Of a stretch of 64,000 bases of DNA, positions 14,201-24,944 are shown in pieces. Under the pieces are notes generated by a model. That model saw only the letters and a program-made list of their open reading frames with translations, made no database searches and was not told the origin of the DNA. This stretch comes from Marsupella aquatica (Eukaryota; Plantae; Marchantiophyta), in assembly GCA_973895155.1 (NCBI GenBank), contig OZ316891.1, positions 14,725,037 through 14,789,036 of the forward strand. The letters run 5' to 3'. The first letter of the stretch is position 1. Every line of letters starts with the position of its first letter. A program made the translations under genes and the position numbers.

Positions 14201-16000
14201 GGCTCGTCAAAGGAGCAAGGCAGGGAATGCACAACTCTTCAAAGCCATTTGATGAAGAAGCATGGAAACAAGCCACGTTGATGTTCACTTCAAAGCAGCA
14301 ATAACACTAATTGGTGTTATTGCTGAGTTAGTGTTACGAAAGAGTCACTATACCTTATGTACAGTGGTCTGGAACAAAAAGATTTAGACCCAGAATTAGT
14401 TTTTATCCAGATTAATTGGGGCGAAGTAAGGGTATAAGTACAAATTTTGGTGGTTTCCATTGGCTTTTGTTTGTGTTTAGCTAGGCCGATGATGCGTTAG
14501 GGTGTAGCTGACTTTGAAGGTCATGCGTTAGGGTGTAACTGACTTTCAAGGTCATTGGTAACCATTGGATCAGCTCCCAATATACTTCCACATGCTAAGG
14601 TTCGGAAGAGAGGATCATGCAAGTAAGGTATGCTTGGTTACTAATGCCACCAGCTATATTTAGTATCAACTAGAACTAGACACTGTTGAGGCCAAGAACT
14701 ATCTACTTTAATTTCTCTATTTTGATGAGTTTTTAAATGTTCAAGAAAAATAAATAAAATGCCCCTTAGTTTGCAGATGATCATTTGTGGAAGTGAAACC
14801 ACCCCCCCTCCCCCCCCCCCCCCCAGTACCCGGTTTGCAAATCTTGAAAAATAGCCATAGCACTAACACAAGCAGGAACAGACAACACAACAAAATGTAA
14901 AGAAATGAACCTAATCACAATGATAATTAACAAAACTGGTAAATTCATAAAGGGCAAGCACATATGAATTTAGAGACTTCATTTGACTATTTTCTGCAAT
15001 ATTCACATTGTCTTTAAAACAGCATTGAGGTTGGGGCGCTACATGGCGCTTGCGTGCTTGAATGCAACCCTAAACTCGTTTCTTAATTAGTAGCTTTGGA
15101 TACAATAGCCACAACGTATTCAGCCAATTTGGGAGCAACGCTAAGTGCTTGGGTGCCCGCTTGGGTGGTCTAATGGGGCCGTAAGATCCTTCGTTTGTAA
15201 TTTGAATACAATAGCCACAATATATTGAATCAAGCTGGGAGGTTGCACTACAGTAGTTGGGTGCTCCAATCGATGCAACCATAAAATCCTTCATTTGTAG
15301 TTTGAATACAATAGGAACCAGGTGATGGACACCCAAGTGAAACAAATGATATCAAGTACCAGTGAATTAGGCAAGTTGTGTCTTACAGAATGTTTAAGTT
15401 AGTCAAGATTGATGGCGAACTCAATCTAGTTGATATCTTTACCATTGAAGTGATTCATTTGAATAGTTGTCCTAGAGATTGTGCCACATTGCAGGTTGTG
15501 CAATTGTGATACAATTAAGTAGAGTAACTCAGCATCTTGTATAGTAATGTCTGGTATATGTTCTTAATTGTTTTATAGGCTACGGCTTAGTTCTGGTTTG
15601 CTCTAGTGATGGATCCCTAGTTTCCGCCAAAGTGAACCACCCAACTGGATATCTTACTATGTTAAGGTCAAAATCCTAATCATCCTACAACAACCGCATG
15701 GCACACACTTCAAGTCAAAATGCTAAATTCTAGCGTCACCTACTATGTACACCCCAATGAACACATTCCCATATTAAGGGTATTCGTTGAGACCACCTTC
15801 CAACATAGAAGGATACGGAGATCCTCTGCCTTTGACGACAACATCCTACATGTTTCACTTTGATGTTTAGCTATACATGCATAAGGTCAAACGGACAGGT
15901 CCTAATTCCTGATTGGAGTAAAATCTTCAGTAAGCTGGGGTTCCTCTCAGCTTTGTGTAAGTTTGAAGCTGTAATGGCATTTTGCTGGCATTGAGTTGGT

Positions 16001-16360
16001 CTTGGGGGTCTCATTGTACATAGGGCCTCCACCATCTTCTACAACATTCTGGGGTTTTGACTCCCCTACTTAGTAACTAAGAAAATCACTCTTTCTTACT
16101 TATACTCTTCCTAAATCAAGAAATTTGGACCCCTGGCTAGAAGTAAAATCTTAGGAAAGTGCTTAGAAGTAGCAAGAAAGTAAGTAAGGGGATAATTAAC
16201 AATTCAAAAAGTGCCACTTGTCATCACATGATTCATTGCTTGCCACATGTCAATAAATGATTGGTGAGTTTTTTTAGCTTCCTATTCCTTTTTGAGAGAG
16301 TGATTAAATAGGGACTTTCACACATGGTATACAAAAATTTCATAAGGTGAACCCCCCAAG
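16001..16360. mobile_element. MITE-like element (family with CNNGGGGGT.TCAC-type ends), TSD not preserved
   Basis: Left end cttgggggtctcat; right end gtgaaccccccaag (reverse complement cttggggggttcac); internal gccac.tgtca motifs. Confidence 0.5.
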
Positions 16361-16589
16361 ACTGCATTGAAGGAGCAGCCCGACAACATCATTGGGCCAA
16401 TCTAGATTTATGTTTGCAATTTGGCATGTTATAGACTAAACACATTGGAAAACACATTGTCCACACTGAATTCTATTTGGTTCAAGATATGCGCATTTCC
16501 ATTTTGATTTTACATGCCTACACTACGGCTTTTGCCAAAGCCTAGTCCTCTAACTATGAGTATACATTGTTGTCAACATAGGCAAGTTC

Positions 16590-16899
16590 TCCGGGGGTCC
16601 TCACTTCTTTTCTTCCCAACCCATCACACGCGAATAAGTACAGGGTTTTTTTGGAGTTTAGTGAAGGACTTTTAAATTTTTGTTGAAGAACATAATTAGG
16701 GTTGTTTTAATCCAGTTTTGAGAATTATAAGAATCATAGGGTTTTTTAACATCAAATTTGAGAATATTCCAAGAATATTTGATTAAGTTTGGGTTAAAAA
16801 CATTCTCAAAGAAACTTTATTGACTTAAAGTTTTTGGGTGTTTATTCCCCCCAAAATTGTGCTTGTGATATGGGACACCCCTTGGATTGAGGCCCTGGA
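16590..16899. mobile_element. MITE with 8(-9)-bp TSD
   Basis: Ends tccgggggtcctca / tgaggccctgga, flanked by gcaagttc at 16582-16589 and 16900-16907. The interior resembles the reverse complement of 43060-43270. Confidence 0.75.
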
Positions 16900-16959
16900 G
16901 CAAGTTCTAAGTATGACATTCTGTGTCACGTACTACGGCCGCATTCACTACTACATATT

Positions 16960-17480
16960 TGCCAATTTTGCGAAGGCGTTTTACAAGAGGAAGAAAGCTT
17001 TGCAAGATTAATCTCATCGCTAAACTTGCGATCCGATACGCATCGCACTTAGCGAATCTGCACACATCGCAACACATAATTGCGAAACTTAGACCATCGC
17101 AACATTTTACGACACTTCAGGTATCGCAAAACATTTCCGAAGCAATTACCATTGAACAAGTTAGCGATCTTTACCGCTTCGCAAATTCATTGAGATGCGC
17201 CGGAAAACTAAATGGTTGCGAATATTTAAGCATCTCAAAATATTTTGCGAGTCTTATTGTCTCGCAAATGAGCGATGTTTGTGGAATATATGGCTAACTT
17301 GCGATAGTAATAGGCTCGCAAATCCTGTGCCTGTCTAGGGTCTCATTTTGTGAATGTTTTGGTTTCGCAACTTTGAGATGGTGGTATCTTCGGAAGTTTG
17401 CGATGAGGGAATGATGGCAATTAGGGAGCAGTTAAGTATCGCAAATGTAGCGATGAGTTTGCGGGTGTAGGGGTTTCGCA
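16960..17480. repeat. Left subterminal repeat array of the CACTA element (TTGCGA/TCGCAA motifs in both orientations)
   Basis: Dense ttgcga/tcgcaa/ttcgca motifs immediately inside the left TIR, as is typical of CACTA subterminal regions. Confidence 0.85.
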
Positions 17481-17499
17481 AGATGTTTCGCAAAATATT

Positions 17500-18150
17500 A
17501 TGAGCGCTTCAAAGAGGTGGAAAAGGAATGGGATTGGGGAGGGAGGGTAAAGGAGGGTGGATACATGTAATTTTTAGGGAGGGACAATGAAAAGGAGGAG
17601 GAAGGGAATGGGGCTAGGAGGGACAAGGAACGGAGGGATCCAAGAGGGAGGATACAGGTTTAGGGGGCACAAGGAAATGAGGGAGGAGGAAGGGTATGTA
17701 GATATAGTTTTAGGGAGGGTTTGGATTTAGGGAGTGAAAATAAAAAGGAGGGAGTTTAGGGTTTAGAGAGGGACAAGGAAAGGAGGGAGGGTATTGGTTT
17801 AGAGAGGGACAAGGAAATGAGGGAGGTTTAAGGGTATAGGTTTAGGAGGGAGGAGAGAAGCTAGGTTGTATAGGTAAGAGTGGGGGACAGGGGTGGAAAG
17901 TAAGGAAAGTATAGGGTTGAAATAGAAAGCCAGGGGTTGGGACAAGGAGAGGAAGGAGGAAGGAGGGTTTAATAAGAGGGACAGACAATGAAAGAAAGGA
18001 GGAGGGAGGTGGGTACAAGTAATAAGGAGAACAGCTAGGGGGGGATTAGGAAAGCATGGAGGATAGAGGACTACAAGCAACATGAGTTTTCTTTGCATAA
18101 AGTCTACCAAAAGGTGTGGTGAGTGTGGGGTAGGGATGGGAGATATAGAA
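17500..18150. repeat. Purine-rich low-complexity tract with degenerate GGGACAAGGAA and TTTAG(G/A)G units, inside the CACTA element
   Basis: Almost purely G/A on the + strand; repeated gggacaaggaa, ggtttaggg and gaggga units. Confidence 0.7.
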
Positions 18151-18300
18151 AACAACATTTGAAAATGATATACTTACAAAACATAAGTTTATTGATAATT
18201 GAGAAGCACATATTTCTCCATTCTACCGAGAAGAGAAATCTTCATATCATCAAATCTAACTATATATCCGTGTAGCTATATATCCACAAACACAGACCCC

Positions 18301-21300
18301 TCAAACTTGGTCCTCATCATCTTCAGGTTGGGACACAACCAGAATATCAGGCTTTTCCCCAACGATTGAACGAGACCGTGGCACATATGTGATGACAAGT
18401 GACCATTCCTCTGGGTTTGGGGGGTATGGAATATAGAAACATTGTTCCACATGACTTGGAAAAGTGAACGGCTCTGATGTTTGCCAATGAGATGGCTGGA
18501 AACTAGTGGCAGACGTCTTCAGTCGTGTAAATCCACACTCATCTTGAACCACAGTAGGATTGTTACCTGCAAGGTTCACTTTGAACCACTTGCACTTGAA
18601 GACATACTCTTCAAACTTTGATTGTGCATCATAAGATATCACTAGAATCTCTTCTACCTTTCCATAATGTGGCACAACATCTCGAATAATATTTGTGTCA
18701 TGGCGACTGCTGCGGGAATCTTGAGAGAATTGTCCTTGAACTCCACAATCAAAGGTACGACCCCTCTTCTCATCAAGGGAAGAAATCCTAAAATCCATCA
18801 AACCATAAGGATATGTTACACAAAAATAGACACAAACATATTCCAATTAATTGAACACACCAAGAATCTGCCTCTTCAATATACGTGCTTGTATTACAAA
18901 TGAATTAAATTAAACCAAGTGATTCAAATCAAAGGTTACTAAGGTAGATGGAGATCACCTGAAATGTCTTCCTTGTGTCCACATTGCTGTCCTTGTTGTA
19001 ACCACTCTCAAGGGACCATGAACAATGGTACGAACATCATCTGTGATAGCCGGAAAATGTAATACACTCTCTCCCCTGACCACCATGTCATCCACCTCAA
19101 CTAACTTCTCCTTCATATAGTCAAGGTACTTTGGAAAAATCCTTGGTCTTGTGCTGTTACTTTTGGCATCCTCATAGAAATCCCTCCATTCTTCCATGAT
19201 AGTGCTGTTACTCAACATGAATGTGGTCAGTTGTTTCACCTCCACTGGTGTCAACATGCGAGTTTTCCTAGCACCTGTTAAACGATCCTCTTCATCTTCC
19301 CTCTCCTCTACCCAAGTACGGGGAGAGGTACAATCAATTGTGGCCAATATGTTACTACAATAGAACATACTCTCAGCTGCTAAGTATCCTGTAGCCATGC
19401 TTCCCTCAACCCGTGCACGGTTACGTACATAACCTTTTAACACTGCCATGTATCGTTCTAGCCAATACATCCACCGACAATGCATAGGACCTGCAATGGC
19501 CACCTCATGAACAAGATGAACAAGTAAATGCACTTGACAGTCAAAAAAGGAAGGAGGAAGGGCCTTCTCCAACTTGCATACCACCTCTGCTGCCAAAACC
19601 TCCATCCCAGGGATCTCATCAGTATATATCTCCTTAGAGCATACCCATCTCAATAGTTTTCCCAATGACCAAAGGGCATCTTGCACTTCTTCACTTGCCA
19701 AACCTATTATGGCCACAGGCAATATGTGCTGCAATAACCTATGGTAGTCATGTGTCTTGAGATACCTTGGCCACTTATGATTGTCCTCCATCCCAAAGGC
19801 CTTTCGGAGATTGGCACCATAACCAGTAGGAAACCGCATGTCTCCTATGCGATTCTGAAACTCCCTTCTCTGGCCAATAGGAAGCATCCATGGAGTTGAA
19901 GGTTGATGCTCGATCCCTGTGATAGGATCACTTATGACCCACACGTCTGGATGCATCTCAAGATCCTCACAAGCCTCCCTGAAGTTAGTGTCTTTCTCTC
20001 CATAGAAAGCCTTTATCAAAGCCTTTCCCACATTTCCCTCAATGTGCATGGGGTCTAATAGATGGCGGATCTTCAACTCACCCCAATAGGGCAAAGTGGT
20101 TAATATACTCCACCTTGTCAAGCCACTACCGTCAAATTGCATGGGATCCTCTGGGTCTGCCACTCTTGCAGCCATGTCTTTCCAGTGTGTAAAAGTTGTT
20201 GGCTCAGGTACATCACGCTCGTCACCAAAGGGCATATCAATAGAGGAAAATAGTAGTGGGTCACGCCTCATCTGATGTCCCATTGGAAGAAACTTTGTAT
20301 GCCCAAGATAAACAATCTTGCGAAGATGTGATGAATACTTGGCTACATCACCAAGGCTTGGGCCACAAGTGGAGCAAGCCTTGTAGCATTGGGTTTGCAA
20401 CCCACTCACAAAGCCAAATCCTGGTCATATAAACACACATTATGTTAGGATTAGCACATGGAAATGAGGGGATACCATGCATTAGAATATGATGCATTTA
20501 AACAACAAAGTTCTTACCTGGGTAGTCATGCATGGTCCACATACAAACCCCTTTGAGTTTGAAAACCCGTGGGGTACCCCCTGTAGTCTTTCGACCATCA
20601 TATGCCCATACTCCTTCCCATAATTTCTGGAGTTCCTGAACCAGTAATGTCAAATAGGTGTCCATGTTCTTCACCTTCTTTGGCCCTGGGATAATCAAAG
20701 ATAGCAACAAAAAACCCTTTTTCATGGACAACCATGGTGGAAGGTTGTAATTCATGAGAACCATAGGCCAGACCGATGTAGGTCTCCCCTTCCCTCCAAG
20801 TGAATGAGGGCTAACTCCATCTGATGCCAACCCCAGTCGCACATGCCGAGGGTCACGCTCAAAATCTGGCCATGTTGATTCCACATGTTTATGAGCAAGA
20901 GAGTCAACTGGTAATCGCATGACACCGGGCTCCGAACGATGTTTCTTGTGCCATACCATCAACTCGGCCAAGTCAGAATATCTATACATGTGCAACAAGC
21001 GAGGAATTATGGGGAACCAACGAACTGCTTTCCTTGGTACCTTCTGGGTTAGCATGTTTGGCTCATACCGTGGCTCATGACACACTGTGCATTCTGTGAT
21101 ATGGGCTGTATCCCCGTGAAATAACATGCAATCATTCACACAGGCATGAATAATATGGTAATCCATACCAATGGATGAGAGAACCTTCTTTGCATCCTTC
21201 CAGGAACACATTCTCCGAGGGTAACATCAAGTCATGACAATATTCAAATATGTCTGATAACATAGAATTGCTTGTCTTGTGTTTGGCTTGAATGTTCAAG

Positions 21301-23064
21301 AGCCCCAATATGGCAGAAAGACGGCTCAACCGAGCACCCTCAAAAATAGGTGTTCGAGCATGTTCCTCTGCCTCTTTCCATTGTTGTTGTCCCTCTGGAG
21401 TATGTTGTGGCCGTGGGTCATTTGAAGGGCCAACCTCATGACCAATGTGAGGCACATCATCCTCAACATCGGCACCAAACCAATCAACCATGAAGTCATC
21501 CATGGCTCTATCTTGATCATGCATGACCTGGTCATCAGTCCGAGGTGCGGCTTCCTCATCAGCACTACCTACATCATTACTTGATGAGGAATCACCCTCT
21601 GATGGTTCTCCCTCTTCTGGCATACCCATCTCCCGATATGTTGCTCTCAACCTTCGTGGTAATATTTGTTGAGATGGTTGCGCATTCTATGCACATTACA
21701 ACCAAAAAACCTCCTCATGTATATTTGACCAAGTACAACAAATTAAAATAGACTTAACACCATTCATTCAAGACATTAAGAATTAAAGTAAATGCATGGG
21801 CTAAAACCTTATTACTCCAAAATGAGCCCAAAGGCCATATATATAATAGTAAATGGGAAGTCCAAAATAGGTGCAAGAGGATAAAGGACATGATTTCCTA
21901 ATCCCACTCATAGTGTCTGAATAACTCATCTCCTGCTCTAATGGTCCTAGTAGCAAGAACTAAGCAATGGTCCTTATGATATGTCGTGCCATATGGTGCC
22001 GGCATTGGACCATCAGTAAAAACCCACTCACAATTGGCCCTACGCTTGGGCCGAGTCCCCACAGTACTATTTATGAAACCAGCAATATTCCCATTACGTA
22101 TGGGATCACCATCTATCACCCGCTGCTCACTATACCTTCTAGTGCTACCATCAAAAGTATCCATCTCTAGAGCATATGTTTTCCACTCAGGATGTTGTGC
22201 AAGGATCATGTTCCAATGTCTTCTCTTGTAGATGGGTCCACCGTATGGGAACAAAGTAGGACCCTCTCTACCACGAACACTTGACCCACCCTCCTCATCC
22301 ATGATGATATCCTCACAAGCAAATACTCCATATCCATGTCTCTCTCCAAGTGTGGAAGTTTTCACAATCCAACGTCTACCCCAAACCACAATCTCCTCAT
22401 CAAAATCTGTAAAATAAGGCAAGCCAAGAGTGATAGGTTCCCAATCCTTGATGATAGAGGCACACTTGCCAGTGAATGAACAAACACCCCACCTACCCTG
22501 AACTAGTGTTCTGGATGGGTCATTGGGTGCTCGTGGCCTCCTGTTGGATTGGGGCCTGGACCGGGGTCTTCGTGTCTCAGTGGGCACATGAGGGTGTCCC
22601 CCTTCTGTCCCATGACTGGTACTAATTCCCAAACCCAAGGCTTGTGAAAGTGCATTGCCTATAGCATCTAAAACTCCTTGTGATGAGACATAGGGTGGTG
22701 GTGTCACCAATCTACGCATACTGGATCCCTATTCCATGCAAACACCCACAAACAACCAAATGTGTAAACCATATGTGTAAACATTGATTCACCTCTAAAA
22801 ATAACAGTAAAGAACGGCAATCAATTGAAACAAACTTACCATATGGGATGAAGAAGCCCCGGGAGTAAGACCTCTATGACGTCCATATCTCTCAATATGT
22901 TGAGCACACACATAAGATTTTTGAGAAATTTGGCCCACACATCTGGTGCAGTCACAAAGTCTTCGGGGTGGACCACGAGGACCAGTAACCTCGGGCTGAG
23001 GAGGAGGGGGTATATCGTCATCGGAGGAGTACTCACTACTGGATAGTTCAGAGGAAGAGGACAT
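18301..23064 (-). pseudogene. CACTA TnpD/Tnp2-type transposase, ~1110 aa, one frameshift. Predicted exons 23064-22840, 21686-20518, 20420-18959, 18787-18301
   Basis: Motifs HACVNDCMLF, LGLASDG, YNLPPWLSMK, WTMHDYPG, LDPMHIEGNV, KTHDYH, FFDCQVHLLVHL, WMYWLERYM, VRNRARVEGS and FKCKWF. GT-AG introns 20517-20421 (DYPG|FGFVSG) and 18958-18788 (HFR|ISSLDE) keep the frame. A frameshift near 21207 separates LPSENV from SWKDAKKVL. Assignment of the first exon is inferred from splice phase and its CxCxxC...H motif. Confidence 0.9.
21898..23064 (-). CDS. Transposon-borne SET-domain protein (putative lysine methyltransferase), ~351 aa; exons 23064-22840 and 22728-21898
   Basis: SET motifs in correct order: HGYGVFA, YGG, IDG...GNIAGFINS, NCEW, ATRTIRAGDELFRHY. 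No post-SET cysteines. The GTAAGT donor at 22839 and TAG acceptor ending at 22729 define a 111-bp phase-0 intron joining the CDCTRC...HIERYG exon in frame. Confidence 0.85.
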
Positions 23065-23164
23065 ATCCACTGCCACATTACATTGCATGTAGGGCATGAT
23101 TAGGAAAAATTAGGCCATATATAAAGCGATTTTAAAAAAAATGAACTCAAAAAACAATTAGGTT

Positions 23165-24230
23165 GGTTTATACATGGGGTTTTATTACCCTTTTATATTT
23201 GTTAGCATGAAACCCAAATTAAGGTGAGTGTCATGCAAGAAGAAACCACATTATAACCTTTGGGAAAATTGTAATACCCTATGTCCTAAGTGAGGTTAGA
23301 TTATTACCTGAATGAGACCGGGGCTCAACAGTGCCTATAGGTCACGTGGCTTTTGGAACATTTGCCAAATCTAGAAGTAGGAGGAAAATACTGGAAACAA
23401 AATGTAAGTTTGGATGGTAATTAGCAGCCGTCAAGTTGTGGAATCTTAGACATTTACCCACATATATCATGGCACAACAAAGAAGGGCAAGCATAAAAAT
23501 CTGTACTAACAACATTGACTGTATACATGATGTTATACCTTTTAGATGCCCGGGTTCCCACAATGCATATGCATTAGACAAAAGTTGAGGTAGTAGTGTT
23601 GGCCCTGCGTTGTATCATGATTACATGGGTTTTCCCCTCAATTGTTAGCATAAAACCCTAAACCCTAAACCCTTATCCCCCCTCGAGTGAAAGGTGAGTG
23701 TCATGCAATAAAAACCCACCCTAGACCCCTGGGAAAACTCTAAAGGCCTAAGCCCAGAATGAAGTTGGACAATAATTATCTGAATGAGATCCGGACTCAA
23801 TAGTGCCTGTAGGTCGTGTGGCTCATTGAACATGAGCTGAATCTAGAAGCACGAGGAAAATACTGGAAACAAAAAAGTAAGTTTGGATAGCCATTAGCTT
23901 CTCTCAAGTTGTAGACCCCCAAACATGTGCATATAGATATTCTTGCACAACAAAGAAGGGCAAGGTTTATGAACAATCTCTTTATCAAACCCTGCTAACA
24001 TACATGTTTAAATATACCTTTTAGATGTCCGGGTTCCCACAATGCATATGCATTAGACAAAAGTTGAGGAAGCAGTGATGGTCCTGCACTGGATCATGAT
24101 TACATGGGATTTCCTCAATTGTTAGCATAAAAACCAAAACCTCATCCCGCTTCAAGTGAAAGGTGAGTGTCATGCAATAAAAACCCACCATAGACCCTTG
24201 GGAACTCTAAAAGCGTAAGCCAATGAAGTT
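23165..24230. repeat. ~470-bp tandem repeat (about 2.2 copies) between the divergent CACTA genes
   Basis: aaggtgagtgtcatgcaa recurs at ~23221, ~23691 and ~24160. ataccttttagatg..cgggttcccacaatgcatatgcattagacaaaagttgagg occurs at ~23535 and ~24015. Confidence 0.85.
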
Positions 24231-24944
24231 AGCAAAAACCTAAATGGTCAATTCCCTTCAACCATCCTATGCTTCTCTCTACCATAATTATATGCCACCC
24301 CTCTTGGTTACCCTCCTAAGATACCATAAAAGTAACCCAAGATACTATAAAACTGAAACCTCTCTTTCAAACCCTCCTAAGTTGGCCTAAACCCCAAAAC
24401 CCAAAACATAAAACCCCTCCTAGCTCTTACCCTCCAATACATATAACCCCAACCTTCATAAATAAAACCCCCTGCAAACCCAAAACATAAAACCCCTCGT
24501 ATCTAAGCCAATCTAAGCCCAACCTTCACAAAAGAAACCCTCCCCTAACCAGGCCAAACCCCCTCCTCTTACCCTGCAATATAACTCCTTCAATTTTCTA
24601 ACCCCCCCAATCCTTATCTCATCACATCCCACTAAAATGCAACATAATCCTCTACATCTACCCATTTAATGTTCATAAGCCCCCTTAGTATCCCTAACAA
24701 CACATCAAATACGCATGCGAGACGGGGGTTATGGCAAAACCAAATAGCGAAGGCTTTTGCGAATCTTGAAGCTTCGCAAAGATAGAATTTGCGAAGCTTT
24801 TTGCGAAGGCCGATGCATCGCAAACTGCGATGCGAAACGAATCGCAAAGCCCAATATTTTGAATCCTTATGGATTGCCGAGCGCAGACAAGGCGGATTCA
24901 GTTCATTCAGGCCTGAGGAGAGCAACGAGGGCAAGGGCAGAGCG

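Noticed and set aside
16923-17297. ORFs across the subterminal arrays (also 27495-28122 and 26068-26331)
   Set aside because: They are by-products of stop-poor motif repeats and some cross the element boundary.
18301-22719. SETMAR-like single SET-transposase fusion protein
   Set aside because: The SET frame ends in TAG at 21898 with no convincing donor just before it; mutually exclusive isoforms fit better.
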